64,000 nt of DNA from an uncultured Hyphomicrobiales bacterium (GTDB lineage Bacteria > Bacteroidota > Ignavibacteria > Kapaibacteriales > UBA2268), in the NCBI GenBank assembly GCA_964413155.1, contig CAYPRT010000001.1:235863-299862 (forward strand). The letters run 5' to 3'. The notes under the pieces were generated by a model. That model did not search any database, was not told where the DNA came from, and saw only the letters and a list, made by a program, of their open reading frames with translations. Each line of letters starts with the position of its first letter. Within the stretch, counting starts at the first letter, position 1. Positions 1-10,459 of the stretch are shown here, piece by piece. Made by a program: the position numbers and the translations under genes.

Positions 1-1
1 T

Positions 2-583
2 AATAATTTAGAAACTTTAAACTTAAATAACAATCAAATAAGTCAATTGCCGGCATCCATTGGCAAACTAACTTATTTAAAAAACCTTGCTATTCACAGC
101 AATTTACTGACAACCTTGCCTCCCGAAATTGGAAATCTATGCAACTTAGAAGAGCTTTACGCCTTCGAGAACAAACTGGAATTTCTTCCAGATTCAATTG
201 GTAATTGCAGGAATCTTCGCAAATTGGAACTTCAACAAAATTATCTTTCCGAAATACCAAGCACAATTGGAAGCTTGGAAAAATTAGAAAAACTCCGTCT
301 ATATAAAAATATGATACGAACTTTACCTTCTACAATTGGTAAACTTAAGAATTTAACCAAGCTATTGCTTTACGAAAATCAAATAGCGGAACTTCCAGAA
401 GCAATCGGAAATTTGACAAATCTTGTTGAGTTTGATATTAGTGGGAATGAACTAATGGCACTTCCCGAAAGTTTTTACAATATGAAGAATCTTTCGCGTA
501 TTTCACTTGCCAACAACCACTTTCCAAAAGATTTTATGTACATCTTACGCGAAAAATTTCCAACTTCGATTATTGAATTTTAA
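2..583 (+). CDS. Leucine-rich repeat (LRR) protein, C-terminal part. The ORF is open to the window start, so it is 5'-partial.
   Basis: Repeated LxxLxxLxLxxNxL units (e.g. LTYLKNLAIHSNLLTTLPPEIGNLCNLEELYAFENKLEFLP). Frame 2 has no stop from base 2. Confidence 0.6.
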   Translation, partial: NNLETLNLNNNQISQLPASIGKLTYLKNLAIHSNLLTTLPPEIGNLCNLEELYAFENKLEFLPDSIGNCRNLRKLELQQNYLSEIPSTIGSLEKLEKLRLYKNMIRTLPSTIGKLKNLTKLLLYENQIAELPEAIGNLTNLVEFDISGNELMALPESFYNMKNLSRISLANNHFPKDFMYILREKFPTSIIEF

Positions 584-587
584 TAAA

Positions 588-1928
588 TTATTGTTGCCAA
601 TCTACTCGTTCGAGATATTTCGTATCGATATTGCCGGCAAGGAAATCTGGGTTATCCATCATTTTCAGATGGAAAGGAATTGTTGTAGGTATACCTTCGA
701 TAACAAATTCTTCCAATGCCCTCTTCATTTTTGCAATTGCTTCCTGGCGAGTTTTTCCCCAAGTTATCAATTTCGCAAGCAATGAATCATAATAAGAAGG
801 GACGATATACTCTTGGTAGATGTGGGAATCAACCCGAACACCGTGACCGCCAGGAAAATGTAAACTTGTTATTTTACCAGGCGATGGGCGAAAATCATTG
901 TATGGGTCTTCTGCAATAATTCGGCATTCAATTGCATGGAACTTAGGTTCCTGAATAGAGAGCGACAAAGGTTCTCCCGAAGCAATTCTGATTTGTTCCT
1001 TTATTAAATCCACCGATAAAGACTCTTCGGTCACAGGATGTTCTACTTGGATTCTTGTATTCATTTCCATAAAATAAAAATTCAAATCTTCATCGACAAG
1101 GAACTCAATAGTTCCTGGACCGATGTAACTCACAGCTTTTGCCCCAGCAATTGCAGCTTCGCCCATCCGTCGGCGCAATTCTGGAGTTACAATTGGGCTC
1201 GGAGCCTCTTCGATAAGCTTTTGATGCCTTCGTTGAAGCGAACATTCCCTTTCATTTAAATGAATAACATTCCCAAACTTATCGCCAAGAACTTGAACTT
1301 CGATATGTCGAGATTTGCCAAGCAACTTTTCAATGTAAACATCGGGGCTACCAAAGAAGCTTCCGGCTTCGGCTTTTGCAATTCCAAAGGATTTGACTAA
1401 TTCATCGTGGCCCCGAACTACACGCATCCCACGGCCTCCTCCACCAGCCGCAGCTTTTATAATTATTGGATAGCCAATTTCTTCCGCAATTTCAATTGCT
1501 TCATCAAGAGAATGAACTATACCATCGCTACCCGGTATAACCGGAACACCAGCCTTTTGCATCGTCTCTTTTGCAACAGATTTATTCCCCATTCGCGAAA
1601 TAGAATCTGGCTTTGGACCAATGAAGATAAACCCCGATGCTTCGCAAATTTCTGCAAAAGTAGCATTTTCGGCAAGAAAGCCATATCCGGGATGAATTGC
1701 ATCGCAATTAGTTATCTGAGCAGCAGAAATTATAGCTGGGATATATAAGTAACTTCGCGAAGGCGGGGGAGGTCCAATACATACAGCCTCGTCGGCAAAT
1801 TTCACAGGGAGCGATAATGAATCTGCTTCGGAATATACAACAACAGTTTTAATTCCTAATTCTTTACAAGCACGAATGATCCTTAATGCAATTTCGCCAC
1901 GATTGGCTATAAGAATTTTATTTATCAT
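588..1928 (-). CDS. accC: Acetyl-CoA carboxylase biotin carboxylase subunit
   Basis: 446 aa. N-terminus [23 protein letters not shown]-grasp [10 protein letters not shown], and full-length biotin carboxylase layout. Confidence 0.93.
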   Translation of the reverse strand: MINKILIANRGEIALRIIRACKELGIKTVVVYSEADSLSLPVKFADEAVCIGPPPPSRSYLYIPAIISAAQITNCDAIHPGYGFLAENATFAEICEASGFIFIGPKPDSISRMGNKSVAKETMQKAGVPVIPGSDGIVHSLDEAIEIAEEIGYPIIIKAAAGGGGRGMRVVRGHDELVKSFGIAKAEAGSFFGSPDVYIEKLLGKSRHIEVQVLGDKFGNVIHLNERECSLQRRHQKLIEEAPSPIVTPELRRRMGEAAIAGAKAVSYIGPGTIEFLVDEDLNFYFMEMNTRIQVEHPVTEESLSVDLIKEQIRIASGEPLSLSIQEPKFHAIECRIIAEDPYNDFRPSPGKITSLHFPGGHGVRVDSHIYQEYIVPSYYDSLLAKLITWGKTRQEAIAKMKRALEEFVIEGIPTTIPFHLKMMDNPDFLAGNIDTKYLERVDWQQ

Positions 1929-1938
1929 AATCGTAATA

Positions 1939-2421
1939 TTAATCAGGTTTAATTAGCATCAAAGTTTGATTGTATTCAACCGGCTTACCATTTTCAACAA
2001 GGATCTCGACAACAGTCCCAGCAACATCACTTTCAATCTCGTTCATTACTTTCATTGCCTCGACAATACACAAGGTTTGACCCTGAATTACGTGGCTACC
2101 AACTTCCACAAAAGGCTCGGATTCTGGCGAAGGTGCTCGATAGAATGTACCCACAATTGGAGATGTAATCTTATGGTAAGTTGAAGCAATTGCACCACTC
2201 GAAACTTCAGGTTCAACTTTTTTCACTACTGGTTCAACTGCTGGTTCATTTGAAATTTGTGTGGGCTGGACGAATTTTTCAGGTGTGGGTTGGACAATAT
2301 TGTTCACTTCGGCTATCTTCCTCGAAAGCGAAATCTTTATCCCTTCTTCCTCAATTGTCAAATCGGTAAGTGTACTTTGGTCAAATATCTTTAAAATCTT
2401 CTTCAAATAATTTAAATCCAT
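1939..2421 (-). CDS. accB: Biotin carboxyl carrier protein (BCCP)
   Basis: 160 aa. C-terminal biotinyl domain with the [10 protein letters not shown] biotinylation motif. Sits immediately upstream of accC. Confidence 0.9.
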   Translation of the reverse strand: MDLNYLKKILKIFDQSTLTDLTIEEEGIKISLSRKIAEVNNIVQPTPEKFVQPTQISNEPAVEPVVKKVEPEVSSGAIASTYHKITSPIVGTFYRAPSPESEPFVEVGSHVIQGQTLCIVEAMKVMNEIESDVAGTVVEILVENGKPVEYNQTLMLIKPD

Positions 2422-2429
2422 ATTTATCC

Positions 2430-3005
2430 TTATTGATTTTCTTTAACCCGTTCGACATATTCTCCGCTACGGGTATCAACTCGTATTAAATCGCCTTCGT
2501 TTACAAAAATAGGAACCTGAATTGTAAATCCATTTTCAAGAACAGCAGGTTTTAGAACATTCGTTGCGGTATCGCCACGAACACCTGGCTCGGTTTGAAC
2601 AACACGAAGATTAACATGAGGGGGTAATTCAACTCCAATAGGTTGTCCGTCGACAAAATTGATTACAACATCTTGGTTTTCGGTTAAAAAATTCACTGCA
2701 TTTCCAACAAGATCCGAATCGAGTGGGATTTGCTCGAATGTTTCCATATCCATAAAATAATATGTATCCCCATCGCGGTAAAGATATTGAAAATTCTTTC
2801 GTTCAACATAAACAAATTCAATAGATTCTCCAGAACGAAAACGGTATTCACTCAATCTACCTGTCTTCATATTACGCATTTTCACCTGATAGAAAGCGCG
2901 AAGGTTTCCAGGTGTTCGATGCTCGGATTCAAGAACAACGTGTAACTCACCATTAAAATTAATTACTGCACCAGGGCGTAAATCTGAAGTTGTTCCCATT
3001 GGCAT
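2430..3005 (-). CDS. efp: Translation elongation factor P
   Basis: 191 aa. C-terminal KPAVLENGFTIQVPIFVNEGDLIRVDTRSGEYVERV is characteristic of EF-P. Confidence 0.9.
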   Translation of the reverse strand: MPMGTTSDLRPGAVINFNGELHVVLESEHRTPGNLRAFYQVKMRNMKTGRLSEYRFRSGESIEFVYVERKNFQYLYRDGDTYYFMDMETFEQIPLDSDLVGNAVNFLTENQDVVINFVDGQPIGVELPPHVNLRVVQTEPGVRGDTATNVLKPAVLENGFTIQVPIFVNEGDLIRVDTRSGEYVERVKENQ

Positions 3006-3050
3006 ATTTCTTTCTCCGTTTAGTTAAACTAAGCAATAAGTATAAAAAAG

Positions 3051-3121
3051 AGGTGCCAGCCGGATTCGAACCGACGTAGGAGGTTTTGCAGACCTCTGCC
3101 TAACCACTCGGCCATGGCACC
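3051..3121 (-). tRNA. tRNA-Cys (anticodon GCA); CCA not encoded
   Basis: Reverse complement is ggtgccatggccgagtggttaggcagaggtctGCAaaacctcctacgtcggttcgaatccggctggcacct. 7-bp acceptor stem ggtgcca/tggcacc, anticodon loop ctGCAaa, T-loop gttcgaatc. Confidence 0.85.
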
Positions 3122-3387
3122 AAATAGGATTACAAAATTAAGCAAAAATTTTAAAATTACAAAGCATTAAAAATTATTTATTTAATTGAATTTATTTCAT
3201 TTTCTTGTTTTATTAATTTATTTGCATCTCAAATTCCGTTTATCCGAAGCTTCTTTCGATTCCTGTTAAAAAAAAGCTTATTTCATCTTTAAATTCAAAA
3301 TCTATTATCCATATGTGAAATATCCTCATAATTTTACCAATAGATTAGCTATCTTTTCGTATTTTTGAATTTTTAATATTGTTATGA

Positions 3388-4365
3388 ATGAAAGCAATTG
3401 TACCTGTTGCGGGGATTGGTAGCAGATTAAGGCCACATACTTATTTCTTGCCTAAGGTTTTGTTAAATGTAGCTGGTAAACCAATTTTGAAGCATATACT
3501 CGATTCGCTTTTGAACCTTAATTTCGATGAAATTCTTATTGTCACTGGTCATTTAGGAGATGAAGTTGAAAAGTATGTTCGTTCGAACTATAAATTTCCA
3601 ATAAGATTCATTACCCAAACTGAACCTCTTGGTTTAGGTCATGCTATTTGGTGCGGTGCGGAATATTTCGCTGGCGAGCCTTTATTGATTGTTCTTGGGG
3701 ACACAATTTTCGACGCAGACTTGCAACTTATTGTTAACCAAGGATTTTCCGCATTAGGAGTAAAAGAAGTTTCGAATCCTTCTCGTTTTGGAGTTGTTGT
3801 AACTAACCCGGACGGAACTATTTCCCAATTGATAGAAAAGCCAGAAAAATTCATTTCGAACCTTGCAATAGTTGGAATTTACTTCATAAGAAATTCAAAC
3901 CTTCTGAAAGAATGTTTAAATGAACTTTTAGAGAAAGATATTAAAACTAAAGGGGAATTCCAATTAACTGATGCTTTGCAGTTGATGATAAATAAAGGAG
4001 AAAAGTTTGTTACCATTCCTGTCGACGGTTGGTATGATTGTGGTAAACCCGAAACTTTGCTCGAAACGAACCGATATCTTCTATCGAAAAAACCTCATAG
4101 CCGAAGCATTCCCGATTGCGTTGTTATACCTCCAGTTTTCATCGACGATAATGCAGTTGTAAGGCGTTCTGTCATTGGACCGTATGCAACAATAGCTTCT
4201 GGTTGCATTGTTACCGATAGCGTTATACGAAATTCTATTATAAGCGATGGTGCAAAAGTTGAATCATACCTACTTGAAAATTCAATAATTGGAAATAGTG
4301 CTGTGGTTCGGGGCACGTTCTTTCAAATGAATGTTGGAAATTCAAGTGAAATTAATAGTGTTTGA
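3388..4365 (+). CDS. Sugar-phosphate nucleotidyltransferase with a C-terminal left-handed beta-helix (glucose-1-P thymidylyl/uridylyltransferase-like)
   Basis: N-terminus [16 protein letters not shown]...[14 protein letters not shown] is the NTP-transferase G-loop. The C-terminus has hexapeptide repeats ([31 protein letters not shown]). Confidence 0.75.
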   Translation: MKAIVPVAGIGSRLRPHTYFLPKVLLNVAGKPILKHILDSLLNLNFDEILIVTGHLGDEVEKYVRSNYKFPIRFITQTEPLGLGHAIWCGAEYFAGEPLLIVLGDTIFDADLQLIVNQGFSALGVKEVSNPSRFGVVVTNPDGTISQLIEKPEKFISNLAIVGIYFIRNSNLLKECLNELLEKDIKTKGEFQLTDALQLMINKGEKFVTIPVDGWYDCGKPETLLETNRYLLSKKPHSRSIPDCVVIPPVFIDDNAVVRRSVIGPYATIASGCIVTDSVIRNSIISDGAKVESYLLENSIIGNSAVVRGTFFQMNVGNSSEINSV

Positions 4366-4385
4366 TTGTTAAAATTGGTGGAATT

Positions 4386-5534
4386 ATGGAAAGGAAAAGG
4401 ACATATCTTTTTACGTCGGAATCAGTTGGGGAGGGGCACCCAGATAAAATTTGCGACCAAGTCTCCGATGCAGTCTTGGATGCAATGCTTGCGGATGACC
4501 CCGAAAGCCGAGTTGCCTGCGAATGCTTTGCAACTACTGGATTGATAATTGTTGGTGGAGAAATTACAACCCGAACTTACATCGACCTTCAACAATTAGT
4601 TCGAGGTGTTATCCGCGACATTGGATACGATAAAGACGGCTATCGTTTCGATGCCAACTCTTGTGCCGTTATTAATATAATCAACCATCAATCCGAAGAT
4701 ATTGCACTGGGGGTCGATACTGGCGGGGCTGGTGATCAAGGAATGATGTTTGGATATGCTATTCGAGAAACCCCCGAGCTTATGCCTGCAACTATTATGT
4801 ATGCACATAAATTAGTAAAAAGGCTTTCCGAAATTCGAAAAAAAGAACCACATCTTATGCCTTATTTACGACCGGATGCAAAATCACAAGTAACTATTGA
4901 ATATTCCGACTCTGGGGAAATACTTCGAGTTGATACCATTGTAATTTCTACCCAACACGACCCCGATGTAACTCAAAGCAGAATCAAAGAAGATGTTATC
5001 GAATATGTTATCAAAAATGTCATTCCAGATGAATTTTTAGATAATCGTACAAAATATTATGTGAACCCTACAGGTAAATTTGTGATTGGTGGTCCCCACG
5101 GAGACACTGGGCTTACAGGAAGGAAAATCATCGTCGACACCTATGGTGGCCGTGCACCTCACGGCGGTGGAGCTTTTTCGGGCAAAGACCCTACGAAAGT
5201 TGACCGCTCGGCTGCTTATGCTGCGCGTCACATAGCTAAAAACATTGTTGCAGCTGGAATCACCGACGAATGCACAATTCAACTTTCCTACGCCATCGGG
5301 ATAGCTCAACCTGTTTCAATTCATATTAATACCCACAACAAATCCAAAGTCCCAGAAGAAGTATTAGAAAAATTTGTTAAAGAGAACATAGATTTAACTC
5401 CCAGAGGAATTATCAAGCGATTCGACCTTCAGAAACCAATTTATCGGCCAACAGCAGTCTATGGTCATTTCGGACGCGAAGAATTTCCTTGGGAAAAACT
5501 TGACCTTGTGGATGTATTTAAAGCTTTATTGTGA
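4386..5534 (+). CDS. metK: S-adenosylmethionine synthetase
   Basis: Motifs [11 protein letters not shown] and [27 protein letters not shown]. The tracked ORF begins at a TTG at 4362. The ATG at 4386 after GGTGGA is the more likely start. Confidence 0.92.
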   Translation: MERKRTYLFTSESVGEGHPDKICDQVSDAVLDAMLADDPESRVACECFATTGLIIVGGEITTRTYIDLQQLVRGVIRDIGYDKDGYRFDANSCAVINIINHQSEDIALGVDTGGAGDQGMMFGYAIRETPELMPATIMYAHKLVKRLSEIRKKEPHLMPYLRPDAKSQVTIEYSDSGEILRVDTIVISTQHDPDVTQSRIKEDVIEYVIKNVIPDEFLDNRTKYYVNPTGKFVIGGPHGDTGLTGRKIIVDTYGGRAPHGGGAFSGKDPTKVDRSAAYAARHIAKNIVAAGITDECTIQLSYAIGIAQPVSIHINTHNKSKVPEEVLEKFVKENIDLTPRGIIKRFDLQKPIYRPTAVYGHFGREEFPWEKLDLVDVFKALL

Positions 5535-5558
5535 TGTTACATATTTTAAGGAAAGAAA

Positions 5559-6914
5559 ATGGGAAAATGTAAGCCAAAAAAAGCGACCCAGAGTGAAATT
5601 GTTGTTAACTATCCTCCAAAAAAAGCAAAAGGGAAATTTGATGAAGTTCCTGGACAATATTGCGTTCGCGACCTGTCTCTTGCCGAAGAAGGGCAGAAAC
5701 TAATCGACTGGGCAGAGTCGAGAATGCCAGTTTTGTTGCACCTACGTCAAATGTATAAAAAAACAAAACCATTCAAAGGCTATAAAATTTCAGGTTGTCT
5801 ACACGTAACAAAAGAAACTGCTGTATTAATCCGCACCCTTGTCGAGGCAGGAGCCGAAGTTTCTTGGAGTGGTTGCAATCCCCTTTCAACAAACGACGCT
5901 GTTGCAGCAGCGCTCGCCAAACAAGGTATTTCAATTTTTGCTTGGCACGGAAATTTAGAAGATTTTTACTGGTGTATCGAACGAACTATAGATAAACCAC
6001 CACATTTAACTTTAGACGATGGTTGCGATTTAATCAATACAGTTCACGAAAAATATCCAGAAATCGCAAAAAATCATATTATCGGAGGCACCGAAGAAAC
6101 AACTACTGGGGTCCATCGCCTTCGTGCAAGACAAGAGGCTGGACAATTACTTTATCCAGTTTTTGCAGTAAACGATACAGAAACGAAATGGGATTTCGAT
6201 AATGTGTATGGAACTGGTCAATCCACTCTCGATGGAATTATGCGTGCTACTTCTGTACTTATTGCAGGCAAAACTGTAGTTGTTGCCGGTCATGGGCATT
6301 GTGGTTCTGGAGTTGCAAAGCGAGCAAAAGGGCTTGGAGCAACAACCATCATCACCGAAGTTAAACCTACCGCAGCCATTAAAGCTTTGCTCGAAGGTCA
6401 CCAAGTAATGACAATGGACAAAGCAGCCGAAGTTGGGGACATTTTTATAACTGCAACAGGTTGCAAAGATGTAATCCGACGCTGGCATTTCGAAAAAATG
6501 AAAGATGGGGCTATTGTTTGTAATACTGGTCATTATGATGTAGAAATCAATATTCCCGAGTTAGAAGAACTTGCCGTTTCGAAAAGAACAATTCGTGAGA
6601 ATTGCGAAGAATACATACTCAAAAATGGTAAGAAGATTTATCTTCTTGCTCAAGGCCGACTTATTAACCTTGCTGCTGCGGAAGGTCACCCGTCGGAAGT
6701 AATGGATATGAGCTTTGCAAACCAATTTATGGCCTTACTCCGATTCGTCGAAGCCCACAAGGAAGGAAAACGCTTCCCAGTCCAAGTTATGGATTTACCA
6801 CCCGAACAAGATGAATTCATCGCTACTTTGAAATTGAAATCGTTGGGCGCTGAAATCGATAAACTTACACCTGAACAAGAAAAATACTTAAAAGATTACC
6901 TTGCTGGAACTTAA
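5559..6914 (+). CDS. ahcY: Adenosylhomocysteinase (SAH hydrolase), with a ~28-aa Lys-rich N-terminal extension
   Basis: Canonical SAHH N-terminus (YCVRDLSLAEEGQKLIDWAE) begins ~30 aa after the start. NAD-binding region VVAGHGHCGSGVAKRAKGLGA. SD AAGGAAAG precedes the ATG at 5559. No in-frame alternative start. Confidence 0.9.
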   Translation: MGKCKPKKATQSEIVVNYPPKKAKGKFDEVPGQYCVRDLSLAEEGQKLIDWAESRMPVLLHLRQMYKKTKPFKGYKISGCLHVTKETAVLIRTLVEAGAEVSWSGCNPLSTNDAVAAALAKQGISIFAWHGNLEDFYWCIERTIDKPPHLTLDDGCDLINTVHEKYPEIAKNHIIGGTEETTTGVHRLRARQEAGQLLYPVFAVNDTETKWDFDNVYGTGQSTLDGIMRATSVLIAGKTVVVAGHGHCGSGVAKRAKGLGATTIITEVKPTAAIKALLEGHQVMTMDKAAEVGDIFITATGCKDVIRRWHFEKMKDGAIVCNTGHYDVEINIPELEELAVSKRTIRENCEEYILKNGKKIYLLAQGRLINLAAAEGHPSEVMDMSFANQFMALLRFVEAHKEGKRFPVQVMDLPPEQDEFIATLKLKSLGAEIDKLTPEQEKYLKDYLAGT

Positions 6915-6951
6915 TCCTTCGAATAGCGAATGTCAATATTTAAAAAAACTT

Positions 6952-6979
6952 GGGGCGGATTTTCCCGCCCCACTTTTTG
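6952..6979. terminator. Bidirectional rho-independent terminator between ahcY (+) and the ASST-like gene (-)
   Basis: Stem GGGGCGG(6952-6958)/CCGCCCC(6965-6971) with loop ATTTTC. Followed by ACTTTTTGG on the plus strand. On the minus strand the hairpin is followed by AAGTTTTTTTA. Confidence 0.65.
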
Positions 6980-6990
6980 GGGGTTGTGCT

Positions 6991-9900
6991 TTATGGTCCC
7001 AAAAGGAACTTCTTATAAATAGCTCTTTTCGGAGTAATTATCCTAGCAACGTAAACACCATAAGAAACAGAGGATGTGTTCCATACGAAGAACATTGTTG
7101 GATTAGCATTTTCGAAAACTAATTCACCTATTTGATTATAAATTTTTATTTCCTTTATCCCCCCTTCGAATCGAATTTCTTGCGAATTTTTGTCTTCGAT
7201 TATCTTAATCAATTCATCTTGTTCAAGTTCAGCCGTAGAATTAACATTTTTCACAATAAATTTTTTTGTTTCGGACCAATCACTTTCCAACTTGCCAGAA
7301 AACACCTTAACTCTCCAGTAAAACCAAGTTTCAGTTGGAGAGGAATTTAGGACATAGGAGTTTTGATTATATAAAATTGCTTGTTTCATAATAAATTCAA
7401 ATTCTGGGTCATAGGCAATCTGGAAAGTATAGAAAGCATCGGCTGTTGTAAGTTCCCACAAAAATTCAATTGGTAGTTCAAGATACGAACCTTCCGTGGG
7501 TTGGTATAGTATTGGTTCACGAAGAGCAGTAGTAAACACAAAAATCTCACTCCAGAAACTTGTTGAAGTTTGATTCACTGCGCGAACCCGCCAAAAATAC
7601 CTTGTTCCATATGAAAGATTAGAAACCTGATAAGAAGTATCAGAAGTTTGTATGTTGACAACAAGATTTGCAAAGACTGGGTCGGTTGAAATTTGAAGTT
7701 CGTAGTAATCGGCTTTATCGACAGAAAGCCAGCGAAGATGGTCGGTTATCTTCAAATTCAAAATATTATTTTCTGGATAAACCAGAATTGGGAAGGCCAA
7801 ATAATTTTCTGGTACCGTTTTAAACCAGGAAACTTCCGACCAGGGGCTTTCCAAGTCGTCTTTCATTGCCTTCACCCGCCAGTAGTAACGTGTTGAATAA
7901 GCAAGATTCTGATAAATGAAATATGTCGAACCGACAACAATGTGGCTTTCCACACCCATAAAGAAATCAGGGTCTTCTGTAATTTGAACTTCATATTTGG
8001 TTGCTCCATCGACCTCATCCCAGCGAAGTAAACCAGTGATAGGGGCAAGAGTGTCGGCAAACGGCGGCACTGAAAGCTGTGGTTTGGGGAGCTGAGTGGT
8101 GAAAGTGTAAATTTCTGACCATTGACTTTTCCCAGATTCCCCAGTAGCACGTACTTTCCAATAATAAACAGTAGCAGGTTCAAGGTCGGAGTATTTGAAT
8201 TGGTTGCTTTTAACATCAACAATTTCAATTTGATTTTTTACAAATTGTTTATCGGAAGAAACTACCAGATAATAGTGTATCGCCCCTGGAACTAGGGTCC
8301 ATTGTAAAATTCCACTTGTTGGAATATTCTTTGCTTGATTTTCTGGGAATAATAGTAATGGGCTTGCAAGCATAGTTCGAAACTTCCTTGTTTCTGACCA
8401 TATTCCATACTGTTCGCCACGAACAAGACGAACACGCCAAAAATATTCTGTATAATAATCTAAATTATCCACATAAAGAATTGGATTCTGTAATATTGTA
8501 TCCTTGACAATATTTTTGAAATTATTATCCAACGATAACTGAAATTGATATCCCCAAGCATTGTCGCTCGCAAGCCATTGGAATTGAACTTTTAAGGGCA
8601 TATCAAGTGTGCTATCCAAAGGAGAAAGTAAATTAATTCTTTCATAAATAGTTTTAAATGATTGCACAACCGACCAAATGCTAACGCAATTATCACGCTC
8701 AGAACGAATCCGCCAGTAGTAGGTTTTACCAGGAAGTAATATAGAAGAATAAAGGATAAAAGTAGTATCAGTAATATTTGCAGTATCTTTCACCAAAAAT
8801 TGAAAATTCTGATCTGTGGCTATTTGAATATGATAATTTTCGCCAACTACATAACGGTTCCATCTAAAAACAGGGTTTAATGAAACATTGATTTCGTTAT
8901 TTGCTGGAATAATCGGCTTTGGAACACCAATACTAGTAGAACCGATGCAATATTCACCAATACCTGCAAAAACAGTTTCGAGTCTATTATATTGACTATT
9001 GTAGGTTGTATTCAGTTCTCTGAATTCTCCATCTCCTTCATTTGAGCGATAATATACTTTAAAATCACTGGCAGAATTAAATCCATTTAATCCAGACAAA
9101 TTAAAGTGTAGATAACCAGAAACAAAATTAATTCCTTGCTTTGTTATTACCCATCGATAAGGCAATACAGAACAAGGACCACCTTGGGTTAAATTATGAG
9201 GTGGATATCGATGTTTTTCAACAGTAATTTTCCCAGTTCCACTTAAGCTGTTCAAAATCAATGTGGCATTTGTATTATATTGATTATTTACAAAATTGTA
9301 TTCTCTGGCAGATTCAATAGGTAAGGTTACGGCATCCATCTTGAAAATGAATTTATATGCACGGTATGTTCCAAATGTTGAAGTAAAATCTAGCGCCACC
9401 TGTCCCGAAGGAGTAACTTCAGTAAGTAAAATATTATGACCACCTTCAGACATCACTCCGCCCCACGCAATCAATGTGTTCCCGTTGGGTAGCCTTTGGG
9501 CACCTCCAGTAGCGGACGAAGTAGTGTTTAACGGTGAACGATACTCCCAAACTTTAGTAACTCGGCGATTAGCTTCGTCGACGCGATATTCAACTGCACG
9601 CGAAAACCTACTACTGTTTGGTCGCAAATTCCCATTATCGAAAAGCAAAATATTTCCATTGGCTAACTCTGTTGGATTGTGCTGGTGAGAAAATCCGAAA
9701 AAATTATCTATTGTATCGTTAACAAAAGTAAATTCGTTATTCCGGCATTTGCTACCACCCATCCGCCAAATTATTTCACCAGTTTGCTTGTTAATCTTTG
9801 TAATTTCGTCCATGTGGCGGCAGGAAATCAAAAGATTTCCATCGCTAAGAAGTTCGATTGAATTAATATGAAATGGCCGAATATAACTTGCTTGAAGGTC

Positions 9901-10452
9901 AATATCCTCTGTTGCATCCAAAACAGAAAAGTGGTCTATTGCATTCCATTGCCAAACAACTCGTCGCGTTCGGTAATCAATTTCCTGCAAAATAAAATTA
10001 TTAACTCGGGCATTGGGATGTCCATTAGGAACATATTGCGACATATCAATGTAAACATCAGCTTCGGCAATTACAAGATAATTACCATTAGGAAGAATAA
10101 GAAAATCGTGAAAATCAGTGGAATATCCCACTGCACTTACAGTATCTATCACATTAAAATTCGAATCGAGAACGAAAATGCTTGAACTAATCATATCGAA
10201 AACTGAAAGTTTTCCATTCGGGTGCATTTTAAAGTCAATAAATCCTTGGTTAACAAAACCAAAATTCCTATAATAAGCCTTTTTGCCACTATTGTCGTAA
10301 ACTGCCAACGATTGGTCCATAGGTGCTAAAAATAAATATCCTGGCTCAGGATTATTCCAAGTAGTTCTTTGGATAAGCTCCTCATCTGCAAAAAGAATAC
10401 TTACCGCCTGAAGATGAAGAATAATTACCAGTATCGCATTAATTGGTTTCAT
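6991..10452 (-). CDS. Giant secreted protein: N-terminal arylsulfotransferase (ASST)-like beta-propeller, ~6 fibronectin-III-like repeats, C-terminal T9SS sorting domain
   Basis: Signal peptide MKPINAILVIILHLQAVSILFA. Propeller motifs DFHDFLILPNGNYLVIA...HINSIELLSDGNLLISCRHMDEITKINKQTGEIIWRMGG. Repeated Fn3 'YYWRVRA/YFWRVR' units. C-terminal IKIYNQIGELVF...GVYVARII looks like a T9SS CTD. Confidence 0.55.
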   Translation of the reverse strand: MKPINAILVIILHLQAVSILFADEELIQRTTWNNPEPGYLFLAPMDQSLAVYDNSGKKAYYRNFGFVNQGFIDFKMHPNGKLSVFDMISSSIFVLDSNFNVIDTVSAVGYSTDFHDFLILPNGNYLVIAEADVYIDMSQYVPNGHPNARVNNFILQEIDYRTRRVVWQWNAIDHFSVLDATEDIDLQASYIRPFHINSIELLSDGNLLISCRHMDEITKINKQTGEIIWRMGGSKCRNNEFTFVNDTIDNFFGFSHQHNPTELANGNILLFDNGNLRPNSSRFSRAVEYRVDEANRRVTKVWEYRSPLNTTSSATGGAQRLPNGNTLIAWGGVMSEGGHNILLTEVTPSGQVALDFTSTFGTYRAYKFIFKMDAVTLPIESAREYNFVNNQYNTNATLILNSLSGTGKITVEKHRYPPHNLTQGGPCSVLPYRWVITKQGINFVSGYLHFNLSGLNGFNSASDFKVYYRSNEGDGEFRELNTTYNSQYNRLETVFAGIGEYCIGSTSIGVPKPIIPANNEINVSLNPVFRWNRYVVGENYHIQIATDQNFQFLVKDTANITDTTFILYSSILLPGKTYYWRIRSERDNCVSIWSVVQSFKTIYERINLLSPLDSTLDMPLKVQFQWLASDNAWGYQFQLSLDNNFKNIVKDTILQNPILYVDNLDYYTEYFWRVRLVRGEQYGIWSETRKFRTMLASPLLLFPENQAKNIPTSGILQWTLVPGAIHYYLVVSSDKQFVKNQIEIVDVKSNQFKYSDLEPATVYYWKVRATGESGKSQWSEIYTFTTQLPKPQLSVPPFADTLAPITGLLRWDEVDGATKYEVQITEDPDFFMGVESHIVVGSTYFIYQNLAYSTRYYWRVKAMKDDLESPWSEVSWFKTVPENYLAFPILVYPENNILNLKITDHLRWLSVDKADYYELQISTDPVFANLVVNIQTSDTSYQVSNLSYGTRYFWRVRAVNQTSTSFWSEIFVFTTALREPILYQPTEGSYLELPIEFLWELTTADAFYTFQIAYDPEFEFIMKQAILYNQNSYVLNSSPTETWFYWRVKVFSGKLESDWSETKKFIVKNVNSTAELEQDELIKIIEDKNSQEIRFEGGIKEIKIYNQIGELVFENANPTMFFVWNTSSVSYGVYVARIITPKRAIYKKFLLGP

Positions 10453-10459
10453 GGTAACC

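Noticed and set aside
507-785. 92-aa ORF on + strand
   Set aside because: It lies antisense inside the well-supported accC gene and has no motifs or RBS. Spurious.
1407-1748. 113-aa ORF on + strand
   Set aside because: Antisense to accC. Composition-driven open frame.
3122-3387. Possible SAM riboswitch upstream of the NTP-transferase/metK operon
   Set aside because: No AGAGAGG or GGCCCGATGA-type conserved SAM-I elements are visible. The region is a simple AT-rich promoter shared with tRNA-Cys.
5461-5703. 80-aa ORF spanning the metK/ahcY junction
   Set aside because: Out-of-frame overlap of two high-confidence genes.
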